Source: an uncultured Actinomycetes bacterium (GTDB lineage Bacteria; Actinomycetota; Acidimicrobiia; IMCC26256; DASPTH01). From it: a stretch of 64,000 bases of DNA. Below the pieces are notes generated by a model. That model had not been told where the DNA came from. It saw only the letters and a program-made list of their open reading frames with translations, and ran no database searches. Positions 22,883-33,904 of this stretch are shown here, piece after piece; the first letter of the stretch is position 1; every line of letters begins with the position of its first letter. A program made the translations under genes and the position numbers. The stretch covers positions 1,036,209-1,100,208 of the forward strand of contig CAVRZT010000001.1 of the NCBI GenBank assembly GCA_963725775.1. Direction: 5' to 3'.

Positions 22883-24064
22883 GTGGCGCCGCTCGACGGC
22901 ATCCGGGTCCTGGAGCTCTGTCACTTCCTCGCCGGCCCGTACGCGGGCCTGGTCCTGGCCGACCTCGGCGCCGACGTGCTGAAGGTCGAGGACCCTTCCC
23001 ATCCCGACGACGCCCGCTCGATGGGGCCGCACTTCCAGGGCGACCAGTCGCTGTACTTCCTCGCGCTGAACAGCGGGAAGCGGTCGATCGGCGTGCGCCT
23101 GGCGACGCCCGAGGGCCGCGCGGTCGTCGAGGATCTCGTGCGCGACGCCGACGTGGTCATCGACAACTACCGGCCCGGCGTGCTGGCGAAGTTCGGCCTG
23201 GATCACGACGCGCTGCACGTGGTGAACCCGGCCGTGGTCACGTGCTCGTTGACCGGCTACGGCGAGACCGGTCCCGACGCGACCCGGGCCGGCTACGACT
23301 ACACCATCCAGGCCCTCGCCGGGGTCATGAGCCTCGCCGGTGAGCCCGACGGACCGCCGACCAAGGCGGGCATCTCGTACGTCGACCACAGCGGGGGCAT
23401 CACCGCCGCGCTCGGCGTGTGCGCGGCGCTGGTCGAGCGGGCGCGCACCGGCGTCGGTTCGCACGTCGACCTCGCGCTCTTCGACGTGCAGATCTCCATG
23501 CTCACGTACCTCGCGTCGTGGCAACGGAACCGCGGCGCCGCGTTCGCGCGCACCGCGAACTCTGCGCACCCGACGCTCGTGCCCGCGCAGAACTTCCGAA
23601 CCGCCGACGGTCACCTCGCGCTCTTCATCGGCAACGACGGCATGTGGCAGCGGTTCGTCGACGTGTTGGGCGACCCGCCGTTGGCCGACGAGCGGTTCGC
23701 CACCCGCGAGGGCCGGTTGGAGCACCGGGAGGAGGTCCTCGCCCACGTCCAGCGGGTGTTCCTCACCGGTACCGGCCGCGAGTGGGAGCAACGGCTGGGC
23801 GCCGCGGGCGTCGCGTGCGGCACGGTCAACGACGTCGCCGACGCGCTCGAGGAGCCCCAGACCCGGGCGCGGGGCCTCCTGGTGCAGAACGAGCACCCGG
23901 CGTACGGGCGCTACGAACACCTTCGTGGGCCACTGCCCACACGCGGGCGCGAAACCCTGCGCCCCGCACCGCTCCTCGGCGAGCACACGACCGAAGCGCT
24001 CACCGGCATCGGGTACCCGGAGGCACGCGTCGAGGAGCTGCGCGCCGCGGGGATCGTCGTCTGA
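22883..24064 (+). CDS. CaiB/BaiF family III CoA transferase
   Basis: PLDGIRVLEL, AGPYAG..LADLGADV, NSGKRS, DNYRPG, GYDYTIQA. Confidence 0.93.
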   Translation: MAPLDGIRVLELCHFLAGPYAGLVLADLGADVLKVEDPSHPDDARSMGPHFQGDQSLYFLALNSGKRSIGVRLATPEGRAVVEDLVRDADVVIDNYRPGVLAKFGLDHDALHVVNPAVVTCSLTGYGETGPDATRAGYDYTIQALAGVMSLAGEPDGPPTKAGISYVDHSGGITAALGVCAALVERARTGVGSHVDLALFDVQISMLTYLASWQRNRGAAFARTANSAHPTLVPAQNFRTADGHLALFIGNDGMWQRFVDVLGDPPLADERFATREGRLEHREEVLAHVQRVFLTGTGREWEQRLGAAGVACGTVNDVADALEEPQTRARGLLVQNEHPAYGRYEHLRGPLPTRGRETLRPAPLLGEHTTEALTGIGYPEARVEELRAAGIVV

Positions 24065-24070
24065 CCGGAG

Positions 24071-24857
24071 TCAGCCCTCGTCGCGCGCGGCGCGTCGACG
24101 CTGCGCCGCCTCGTCGACCATCTGCCAGTGCTCGTCGGCGACCCACGTGCGCGCGAACGAGGCGATGGCGCCGTCGGCGAGGTCGGGGCGAGCGGTCGGG
24201 AACGCGGCACGCTGCGCGGCCTTGATGCCCACCAGAGCGTCCCGCGGGGCTCGCGCGATCTGCTCGGCGAGCTCGCGCCAGTGGCGCTCGAACTGCTCGC
24301 GTGGGACGACGTCGTCGAAGAGACCCTGCTCGAGCGCCTCGGGGGCGCCGAGGATCCGACCGGTGGTCATGAGCGCGAGCGCGCGTCCACGGCCCACCAA
24401 CGCGGTGAGGCGCTCGATGCCACCCCACGCCGGCATGATGCCCAGCGTCACCTGGTTGAACCCGCAGCGGACGTCGTCGGCCGCGACGCGGATGTCGCAG
24501 GCGACGGCCACTTCGGCGCCGCCGCCGTAGGCGTCGCCGTTCACCGCCGCGACCACGGGTATCGGCAGCGTGGCCATCCGGTCGAGGACCGTCCGCATGG
24601 TCACGGCCATCGCCGCGGCGTCATCGAGGGTGCGGATCGCCGCGAGCTCCTTGAGGTCACCGCCGGCGACGAAGACCCGGCTCCCGGCACCGGTGACCAC
24701 CAGCACGCGCGCCGGTGAGCCGGTCGACCTCGTCGAGGGCGTCGGCGAGCTCGCGCATGGTCGCCCGGGCGATGGAATTGCGGGCCTCGGGCCGGTCGAT
24801 GGTGAGCACCGTGACTGCGCCGTCGTGGTCGAGACGCACGTCGCCGCCACTGACCAT
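24071..24857 (-). CDS. Enoyl-CoA hydratase/isomerase (frameshift near 24720)
   Basis: TIDRPEARNSI, FVAGGDL, AVNGDAYGGGAEVAVACD, GIMPAWGG. Confidence 0.87.
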
Positions 24858-24941
24858 TCGGGAAAGATTATCAGATCTGCCGAATGCGGCTCCGGGGGTC
24901 GCCTGCTCTCGCAGCCCGAAGATGACAGCATGCGGCGCTCC

Positions 24942-24954
24942 AATATACGATATT
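24942..24954. promoter_or_regulatory. Inverted repeat over the -10 box of the mutase gene; candidate GntR operator
   Basis: AATAT-ACG-ATATT overlaps TACGAT, which lies 6 nt before ATG 24958. Confidence 0.45.
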
Positions 24955-24957
24955 TCG

Positions 24958-26554
24958 ATGGGAGCGGAGGGGGAGCTCACGACCGAAGCCGGTCTCGTCG
25001 TCGAGCGCAGCTACGGCCCCGACGATGTCGACGGCGACCTCGCGCGGCATCGGCAACCCCGGCGAATTCCCGTTCACGCGCGGCAACCATCCCGGTGGCT
25101 ACCGCGACAAGCTCTGGACGTTCCGCCAGTACTCCGGCTTCGGCACGCCCGAATGGTCGAACGAGCGCTACAAGCTCCTGCTGAAGGAGGGCGGCACCGG
25201 GCTCTCGGTGGCGGCCGATCTCCCGACCCAGATCGGGTACGACTCCGACGACCCCGAGGTCGAGGAAGAGGTCGGCCGGGTCGGGGTCGCGCTCGACTCT
25301 CTCGCCGACGCCGAGATCCTCTTCCGCGACATCCCACTCGACCAGATCTCGACGTCGTGGACGGTCAACGGCACCGCGGCGATCATGCTCGCCTTCTACG
25401 TCGCGGTCGGCGGCAAGCAGGGCGTGGCGCGTTCGAAGCTGCGCGGCACGGTGCAGAACGACATCCTCAAGGAGTACGTGGCGCGCGGCACGTGGATCTG
25501 GCCGCCGACACCGTCGATCCGGTTGATCGCCGACTCGATCGAGTTCTGCGCCGACGAGGTGCCCCGGTACAACGCGGTCTCGGTCGCGGGTGCGCACTTC
25601 CGCGACGCGGGTGCGAACGCCGCGCAGGAGATGGCGTTCACGCTGCAGGACGCGGTCACCTACTGCGACGAGATCGTCGGTCGCGGCCGGATGACGATCG
25701 ACCAGTTCGCGCCGCAGGTGTCCTTCTTCTTCTACACCCACAACGACTTCTTCGAGGAGGTCGCGAAGTACCGGGCCGGCCGCCGTCGCTGGGCGCACAT
25801 CGTCCGCGATCGCTACGGCGCGCAGGAGGCGAGCTCGTCGATGTTCCGCACCGGCGTGGTGTGCGGCGGCTGGACGCTGCAGGCGCAGCAGCCGCACAAC
25901 AACATCGTGCGGGTCGCCTACCAGGCCATGGCCGCAGTGCTCGGCGGCGTGCAGTCGATGTTCACTGCCGCGTGGGACGAGCCGTTCGCGCTTGCCCACC
26001 GAGGAGAGCACGACGCTCGCGCTGCGGACGCAGCAGATCCTCGCCCACGAGACGGGCGTCACCCGCACCGTCGATCCGCTCGGCGGGTCGTACTTCGTCG
26101 AGTCGCTCACCGACGCGATGGAGGAGAAGATCGTCGGGATCATGGCCGAGCTCGAAGCGCGCGGCGGCATGGTCCAGTGCATCGAGGACGGGTACGTGCA
26201 ACGGTTGATCGCCGACGAGTCGGCCGCGGTGCAGCGCAAGATCGACAGCGGTGAGCGCGTGATCGTCGGCGTGAACCGCTACGAGAGCGACCAGCCGGCG
26301 CCGGAGCTGGCGCCGCCCGAGATGGACGAAGCCGGCGCGCAAGGTGCAGCTCGACCGCCTGGCCGAGGTCCGGCGCACCCGCAACACGCCGGGCCGCGCT
26401 CGCCGCACTGGCCGAGCTGCGCGCCGCCGCACTGGGCGACGCCAACCTCATGCCCCACCTGGTCGAGTGCGTCGAGGAGTACTGCACGGTCGGCGAGATC
26501 ACGAAGGAGCTCAAGGACGTGTGGGGCGAGTACCAGCAGCCGACGGTGTTCTGA
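24958..26554 (+). CDS. B12-dependent acyl-CoA mutase large subunit, divergent MCM-like (frameshifts near 25040, 25990, 26340-26400)
   Basis: PGEFPFTRG, WTFRQYSGF, DLPTQIGYDSD, QNDILKEYVARGT, ALRTQQILAHETG, DPLGGSY. Confidence 0.93.
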
Positions 26555-26616
26555 TGGAGATGCAGCGGAGGCGTGGCCGGAGGCCGGGATGCCGTAGCGG
26601 AATCGACCAGGCGTGA
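26554..26616 (+). other. 20-codon bridging mini-ORF (MIRU-like translational coupler)
   Basis: TGATG overlap with the mutase stop and TGATG overlap with the B12-subunit start; encodes [20 protein letters not shown]. Confidence 0.55.
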
Positions 26617-27017
26617 TGACCGCTCCGGTGCGGGTCCTGGTCGCGAAGCCGGGCCTCGACGGTCACGACCGCGGCGCCAAGCTCGTGGCGCGGGCGTTGC
26701 GCGACTCCGGCTTCGAGGTCATCTACACCGGCATCCGGCAGAAGCCGGAGGCGATCGCGTCGATCGCCCTGCAGGAAGACGTCGACCTGGTCGGTCTCTC
26801 GATCCTCTCCGGTGCGCACATCGGGCTCACCCGCAAGACGGTCGAGGCGTTGCGGGCGTCGGGCGTCGGCGACATCAAGGTCGTGGTCGGCGGGACGGTG
26901 CCGCAGGCCGACGTGCAACCGCTGCTCGACCTCGGCGTCGCCGCGGTGTTCCCGACCGGCACTCCGATCGAGACGCTGGTCGCCGAGGTCCGTAAGCTCA
27001 CGGGCGCGGTCGGCTGA
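26616..27017 (+). CDS. Cobalamin-binding small subunit of the mutase
   Basis: [10 protein letters not shown] (DxHxxG), SILSGAH, VGG. Confidence 0.95.
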   Translation: MTAPVRVLVAKPGLDGHDRGAKLVARALRDSGFEVIYTGIRQKPEAIASIALQEDVDLVGLSILSGAHIGLTRKTVEALRASGVGDIKVVVGGTVPQADVQPLLDLGVAAVFPTGTPIETLVAEVRKLTGAVG

Positions 27018-27046
27018 CCGATCGGATCCGGGACCAAGGAGCACAG

Positions 27047-27807
27047 ATGACGTTTGCAGGTTCCACCGCGATCGTGACCGGTGGCGCGTCGGGCATCGGG
27101 CTCGCGATCAGCGAACGGCTGGCCCGCGACGGCGCCAAGGTGTCGGTGTTCGACCTCGACGTCGAGCAGGCCAGACGGGCCGCGCAGGGCATCCGCGACG
27201 AGGGCGGTGAGGCCATCGCGTGCGAGGTCGACGTGTCGGACCGCGCGCAGGTCGACGCCGCGATCGAGCAGACGCGTCGCCACCCTCGGCCCGGTGCTCG
27301 TGCTGGTCAACAACGCGGGCAAGGACGGCTTCGACCCGTTCATGGACATCAGCACCGAGCTGTGGGAGCGCATCATCGCGGTGAACCTCACCGGCACGTT
27401 CCACTGCACGCAGTCGGCGTTGCCCGACATGCTCGAGGCCGAAGTGGGGCCGCATCGTCAACATCTCGTCGTCGAGCGCGCAGACCGGCGCGGTGCGGAT
27501 GGCGCACTACTCGTCGTCCAAGGGCGGCATGATCGCCCTGACGAAGTCGTTGGCGCTCGAGCTCGGACCGCACGGCATCACCGTCAACACCATCCCGCCC
27601 GGATCCATCGACACCCCGATGAGCCGCCGCTCCGCCGACGAAGGCCGATTCGGGGGCGGCACGCTCGACGACGTCGCCCGCCACCTCCCGGTGCGTCGCA
27701 TCGGCGTCCCCGAGGACATCGCGGCGGCGTGCGCGTACCTCGTGTCCGACGAAGCCGGCTACGTCACCGGACAGATCATCGGCGTCAACGGCGGCCGGGT
27801 CACCTGA
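27047..27807 (+). CDS. Short-chain dehydrogenase/reductase (frameshifts)
   Basis: [26 protein letters not shown]. Confidence 0.9.
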
Positions 27808-27831
27808 CCTCTCGATCGAGGAGCGAACGAC

Positions 27832-28270
27832 ATGGACCAGCAAGAGATGGCCGACCTGCTCGAGATCCAGCAGCTGGCGGCGCGCTACATGATGTTGTCG
27901 GCGCGGAAGGACAACGACCACTGGCTCGACGTGTTCACGCCCGACGGCGTGTACAACGCGTTCGGCACCCCGTACGGACTCGACGCCTTCCCGATGCTCC
28001 TGAAGAGCGCGCCGCCCGGCCAGTACATCGGCAACGCGCCGCTGGTCGAGTTCGACGGCGACACCGCGACCGGGGTGCAGCACTACGTCTTCGTCGACCA
28101 GACCACCCACGACATGCGCCTCGCCTGGTACGACGACGAGTACGTGCGCACCGCCGACGGCTGGCGCATCCGCTCGCGCTCGACCACGTTCATGCGCCGC
28201 AACGGCTCGTTCGACCACGGCAAGGCGCACGACCCGGCGCGCTTCGTCGCCGGTCAAGAGATCGACGTAG
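27832..28270 (+). CDS. SnoaL/NTF2-like protein (3' end uncertain)
   Basis: LEIQQLAARY...YDDEYVRTADGWRIRSR. Confidence 0.8.
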
Positions 28271-28279
28271 GCGTCGAGC

Positions 28280-29239
28280 ATGCGCATCGGCATCATGGTC
28301 GGGCCCGAGACCCGCGACTACGCGGCGCAAGGTCGACCGACTGGTCGACGACGCCAAGGCGGCCGACGACGCGGGCTTCGCGACCGCGTGGATCCCGCAG
28401 CTCCCGCAGGACTTCGACGCGATGACCGCGGTCGCGCTCATGGGGCGCGAGACGAGCCGCATCGAGCTCGGCACCGCGGTCGTCCCGCTGCAGTCGCGCC
28501 ATCCGATCGCGCTCGGCCAACAGGCGCTGTCGGTGCAGGCGGTGTGCGGCGGTCGGTTCAGCCTCGGCGTCGGGCCGTCGCACCACTGGATCGTCGACAA
28601 CATGCTGGGGTTGCCCTACGAGCAGCCGGCGAAGGTGGTCGAGGACTACCTCGACGTGTTCGACGCGATGTTCGTCGGGTCCGAGCCCGGTCGACGTCGA
28701 GAACGACCGCTTCCGCATCCACAACCCGCTCGACATCACCGACCTCGCGGTCCCCGTGCTGCTCGCGGCACTCGGTCCGGTGATGCTGCGGATCGCCGGC
28801 GAGCGGGCCGACGGCACGGTGCTGTGGATGGCCGACGAGCGCGCGATCGCCGAGCACGTCGTGCCGCGGATCACGAAGGCGGCCGAGGCGCGCGGGCCGA
28901 CCCGCGCCGCGCGTCGTCGCCGGCGTGCCGGTGGGCCTGTGTGCGGCCGACCAGGTGGACGCGGCGCGATCGAGCGGGCGAACCGCATCCTCGGTCACGC
29001 GGAGTACTCGCCCGAACTACCAGCGGCTGCTCGAGCAGGGCGACGCCGCCGACGTCGGCGACATGGCGGCGCTGGGCACCGAAGCCGACATCGAGCGCCG
29101 GCTGCGCTCGTACGCCGACGCCGGCACCACCGACTTCTCGGTCCGCGTCCTGCCGCTGGGCAACGGGCGCGACGAGATCGTCGCCTCGTCCCGCCGCACG
29201 CGCGAGTTCCTGGCGTCGCTCGCGCCCGAGTTCACGTGA
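28280..29239 (+). CDS. LLM-class, probably F420-dependent oxidoreductase (frameshifts)
   Basis: TSRIELGTAVVP..RHP, LGVGPSH, AALGPVMLRIAGERADG. Confidence 0.85.
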
Positions 29240-30903
29240 GCGTGACCCGTGAGGGGCGACCAGCTCTGGCGCGTCGCTTCCCGCGATGGCGGCCGACGCC
29301 GGCGCGCGCTTCGGTGACGCCGACGCGGTGGTCGACGGCGATCGCCGGGTGAGCTTCGCGGAGCTCGATCGCCGACGCCCGGCGCGTCACCGCCGCGCTG
29401 GTGGCGTCGGGGATCGAGCCCGGGGAGCGCGCCGCGATCTGGTCGCCGAACCGCTACGAGTGGCTGGTCGCCGCGCTGGGCACGCTCGGCGCCGGTGCCG
29501 CGGTCGTGCCGGTGAACACCCGCTTCAAGGGCGAAGAGGTGCGGTACATCCTCGAGCGCAGTGGCGCGCGCGTCGTGTTCACGGTCGGGGAGTTCCTCGG
29601 CATGGACTACGCCGCGCACCGTCGCCGACCTGCGCCCCGACCTCCCGAACCTCGCGCTCGTCGTCGGGTTCGACGACGCCGTCGGCGGCCGACCACTCGC
29701 TCGACGCGTTCTGTCGCGTTGGGTGACGCGGTCGACGCCGACGACCGTCGATGCACGCTGGGCCGCGGTCGGCGGCCGACGACGTGTGCGACGTGCTGTT
29801 CACGTCGGGCACGACCGGTGCGCCGAAGGGCGTGCTCATGACGCACGCGCAGACGCTCCGGCAGTTCTCCGACTGGTGCGACATGGCCGGACTGCAGACC
29901 GGCGACAAGTACCTGATCGTCAACCCGTTCTTCCACATGTTCGGGTACAAGGCCGGGTGCCTGGCGTCGCTCATGCAGGGCGCGACGATCATCCCGAAGG
30001 CCGGTCCTCGACGTCGACGACCTGCTGCGCACGGTCGCCGCGGAGTCGGTGACCGTGCTGCCCGGTCCGCCCACGCTCTACCAGTCGATCCTCGACCATC
30101 CCGACCGCGACGGGTTCGACCTGTCGTCGTTGCGGGTCGCGGTCACCGGCGCGGCCGACATCCCGGTCGACCTGATCCGCCGCTTGCACGAGGAGCTGCC
30201 GTTCTCCACCATCATCACCGGCTACGGGCTGACCGAAGGCGGCACGGTCACGGGCACCGGACCCGACGACGACTTCGAGACCATCGCGACCACGGTCGGT
30301 CGCGCCCGTCCCGGGCTCGAGATCCGCATCGCCGACGACGACGGGAACGCACTGCCGGTCGGCGAGCCGGGCGAGGTGCTCGTGCGCGGCTACAGCGTGA
30401 TGCGCGGCTACCTCGACGACCCGGCCGAGACCGCACGCGCCATCGACACCGAGGGTTGGCTGCACACCGGCGACCTCGGCACGCTCGACGAGCGCGGCTG
30501 CCTGCGCATCGTCGGGCGCAAGAAGGACATGTTCATCGTCGGCGGCTTCAACGCCTACCCGGCCGAGATCGAGAACCTGCTGCTCGGCCACCCCGCGGTC
30601 GGCCGGGTCGCGGTGGTCGGGATGCCCGACGAGCGCCTCGGTGAGGTCGGCATGGCCTTCGTCGTGCCCGCACCCGGCGCCGAGGTCGATCCGGACGAGC
30701 TCATCGAGTGGGCACGCGGCACGATGGCCAACTACAAGGTGCCCCGCGCAGTCGAGATCGTCGACGAGCTGCCGGTGAACGCCGCCGGCAAGGTCGAGAA
30801 GGAAACGCTGCGCGCCCGTGCCGCCTCGTTCCCGGGTCGATCCCGTTCCGCCGTCCCACGCTCCGCGCACGGCTCCACTCCATCTCCGAAGCGGAAGGGA
30901 TAG
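29236..30903 (+). CDS. Acyl-CoA synthetase, FadD3-like (frameshifts in the 5' half)
   Basis: FTSGTTGAPKG, NPFFHMFGYKAG, GYGLTE, LHTGDLG, GGFNAYPAEIE. Confidence 0.88.
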
Positions 30904-30906
30904 CTC

Positions 30907-31948
30907 GTGGACACCCGCTACTCGCCGGAGCAGCTCGAGCTGCGACGCAGCGCCGCCGTCGCTGGTCGACGACCTCGGACCGCGCACGGTCGACGACCTC
31001 GACGACGCGGTGCGGCGCGGCGCGGCTCGCCGACGCCGCGGACTGCGTCGGGGTGGTTCGAGCTCCGCGGGCCGGGTGACGACGACGGCCCGCTGGCGTC
31101 CGGCGTCGAGGTGGCGCTCGTGGCGCGGCGAGCTCGGTCGTGCCGCTGCCGACACGCCCTTCTTCGGGCCGGTGGTCGCCGCCGACCTGGCGCGTCAGGC
31201 CGGACTCGAGCTCGAGGACGCGCGTGCCAGCGTCGTGCTCGACGGCGCGTTGCTCGACGTCGCCGTCGTGCCGCCGACGGGTACGGCCGACGGGCGTCGC
31301 GGTCGACTGCGCGGGTGCGGAACGCGGCCTGGTGCTGCTCGGCGAGGGTGGTGGCGCACACCTGGCCGAGGTCGGCCATCGGCGACGCCGGCTCCGGCGA
31401 CCGACCTGACCCGCGCCCTCGCGCCGGTGACGCTCGCGGCGTCGTCGACGACCGCACTCGACGGCGCGATGCTCGATGACGACGCGCTCGAGCGGTGCCG
31501 GGCGCTCGGCGTCGCGATCACCGTCGCCGATCTCGTGGGCACGATGGAAGGCGCGATCGACACCACGTGCGAGTACGCGAAGGAGCGACAGCAGTACGGC
31601 GTGGCCATCGGATCGTTCCAGGCGGTGCAGCACCTGTTGGCCGAGGCGCGGGTGCTGCTCGAAGGATCGATCAGCGTGTCGCAGTACGCGGCGTGGGCGG
31701 TCGACGCGCTGCCACCGGCCGAGGCGAGCGACGCCGGATCGGTGGCCAAGGCGTACTGCGCCCGGGCGGCGCGCATCGTGTGCGAGACCGCCATCCAGGT
31801 GCACGGCGGTATCGGGAACACGTGGGAGTGCTTCGTGCACGTGTACCTGCGCCGGGCGCTGCTCTCGAGCTCGCTGCTCGGCGACGAGGGACACCACCTG
31901 CGGGCGCTGGCCCGCCATCGAGTGGGAGACGAACGTGGACTTCGGTGA
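30907..31948 (+). CDS. Acyl-CoA dehydrogenase, degenerate beta-type subunit (frameshifts)
   Basis: RQQYGVAIGSFQAVQH, QVHGGIGNTWE; overlaps the following ACAD gene. Confidence 0.82.
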
Positions 31949-33068
31949 CTCGCCCGAGGAAGCCGCCTTCCGCGCGCGCATCCGCGCCTGGCTGACGGAC
32001 AACAACCCCGGCCTCCCCGCGTCGTCGACCGACGACGAGTACTGGGCCCGGCAGGCCGAATGGCACTGCGCGCTGTTCGACGCGGGGTTCTTCGCGCTCA
32101 CGTGGCCGAAGCGCATCGGCGGTCACGAGCTGCCGCCCGTCTACGAGGTCATCGTCGACGAGGAGCTCGCCGCGGCCGGCGCGCCGCCCAAGCCGAGCCT
32201 CGGCTACCTGATCCAGGGCATCACCCGACACGGCAGCGACGAGATCTGCGACCGGTTCCTCCCCGCGCTCATCAGTGGGCGCGACCGCTGGTGCCAGGGG
32301 TTCAGCGAGCCCGATGCGGGCTCCGACCTCGCGTCGTTGCGCACGCGCGCGGTGCTCGACGGCGACGAGTACGTCGTCGACGGGCACAAGATCTGGACCA
32401 GCTACTCCGACGTCGCCGACTGGTGCATGCTGCTGGCGCGCACCGATCCCGGCGCACCGAAGCACAAGGGCATCTCGGCGTTCGCGGTGCCGATGCACCA
32501 GCCGGGAATCGAGCAGCGGCCGCTCAAGATGATCAACGGGGTCACGAGCGAGTTCGGCCAGGTGCTGTTCGACGGCGTGCGGGTACCGGCGGCGAACATG
32601 ATCGGCGAGCCGGGGGAGGGCTGGGCGCTGGCGATGACGGTGGTGAGCCACGAGCGCGAGCCGACGGAGCTCGGCTACGTGGCGCGCTACAGCAAGTTGG
32701 TGAACCAGCTCGAGGCGACCGTGCGCGCGCAGCCCGATCGGTACCGACCCGACCAGATCGCCGCGCTCGGTCGTGCGTACGTCGAGTCGGAGATGTTGCG
32801 CTTGCACGTGGGCCGGCGGCTCTCCGAACGCCTCGACGGAGTGAAGCACGGGCCCGACGGCTCCATCGACAAGCTGCTGATGACCGCGGTCGAACAGGCC
32901 GTCGGGCACGCCGCGTTGGCCGTCGGCGAGCCGACGCCGGTGCTCGACGCCGACGACACCTGGCTGAAGGTGTACCTCTACAGCCGCGCGCAGAGCGTGA
33001 TGGGCGGGACCTCACAGATCCAGAAGAACATCATCGCGACGCGGATCCTCGGCCTGCCGACGTCCTGA
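31935..33068 (+). CDS. Acyl-CoA dehydrogenase alpha subunit
   Basis: [38 protein letters not shown]. Confidence 0.92.
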   Translation: MDFGDSPEEAAFRARIRAWLTDNNPGLPASSTDDEYWARQAEWHCALFDAGFFALTWPKRIGGHELPPVYEVIVDEELAAAGAPPKPSLGYLIQGITRHGSDEICDRFLPALISGRDRWCQGFSEPDAGSDLASLRTRAVLDGDEYVVDGHKIWTSYSDVADWCMLLARTDPGAPKHKGISAFAVPMHQPGIEQRPLKMINGVTSEFGQVLFDGVRVPAANMIGEPGEGWALAMTVVSHEREPTELGYVARYSKLVNQLEATVRAQPDRYRPDQIAALGRAYVESEMLRLHVGRRLSERLDGVKHGPDGSIDKLLMTAVEQAVGHAALAVGEPTPVLDADDTWLKVYLYSRAQSVMGGTSQIQKNIIATRILGLPTS

Positions 33069-33087
33069 GCGGTGGCGCGGTGAGAAC

Positions 33088-33323
33088 TCAGTCGCGGCGG
33101 TAGTCGTCGCGTTGCGACCCGTCGAAAGTTGCCTCCGCGCATACAACACCGCTTGAAGCGTCGCCCAGACCCGTATGGGCATGGATCGTTCCGACCGAGG
33201 CGCTCGATCAGCTCCTTGCCGTGACCGACCGCGCGGTCGCCGCGCTTGACCCGCGACTCGCTACGGGTACCCCCTGCGACGCTTGCTCATGGGCTCGAAC
33301 GGTGCTTGCTCTTCGTGTCCCAC
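33088..33323 (-). pseudogene. Small SEC-C motif protein, disrupted
   Basis: Hand translation after AGGAGG RBS: [77 protein letters not shown]; two +1 shifts. Confidence 0.7.
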
Positions 33324-33452
33324 GACGACACCTCCTGGCGGGAGCGGAAACGCTATTCGGTGTGCCGGACGGGAGCGAACGAATTCTCCGGAGTGCACCG
33401 CGGGCAGGTGTGAGACGATCCGGGCGCGGGAGGCGACGCGGAGAGAGGAGTT

Positions 33453-33875
33453 GTGGTGGATTCGAGCGAGAACTCGAAGCTGCTGATGCGGCGAATCACG
33501 ACGGAGATCTGGGACGAGGGACGGATCGAATTGGTCGACGAGTTGATCGCCGTCGACCTGATCGATCACCTCGAACTGCCGGGTGTGGAAAGCGAGGGAC
33601 GGGATCGGTATCGCGCGTCGGTCGAGACCATGCGCGAGGCGTATCCGGACTTCCGGAACCCCCTCGATCTCGTCATCGGTGACGGAGACCTCGCGGTCTC
33701 GTACGGTCGCACGACGGGAACCAACACCGGCGAACTCATGGGCACGCCACCGACGGGCCAGGCCATCGACGTGCCGGTGTTCGGCATGTTGCGCTTTCGG
33801 GACGGCCAGGCAATCGAGCGATGGGGCCTCGCTGACTTCATGACGATGACGCAACAGCTTGGGTACCAGGACTGA
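33453..33875 (+). CDS. SnoaL-like ester cyclase
   Basis: WDEGRIELVDEL, AYPDF, GTNTGELMGTPPTG. Confidence 0.85.
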   Translation: MVDSSENSKLLMRRITTEIWDEGRIELVDELIAVDLIDHLELPGVESEGRDRYRASVETMREAYPDFRNPLDLVIGDGDLAVSYGRTTGTNTGELMGTPPTGQAIDVPVFGMLRFRDGQAIERWGLADFMTMTQQLGYQD

Positions 33876-33904
33876 GCGGCCGCGGTGGTGACCAGCGATG
33901 CGGG

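Noticed and set aside
10240-31400. Programmed frameshifting or phase variation
   Set aside because: The indels are scattered in varied contexts, with no consistent slippery motif or repeat tract.
14657-33068. Secondary-metabolite biosynthetic cluster
   Set aside because: No PKS, NRPS, terpene or RiPP core gene; the content is catabolic.
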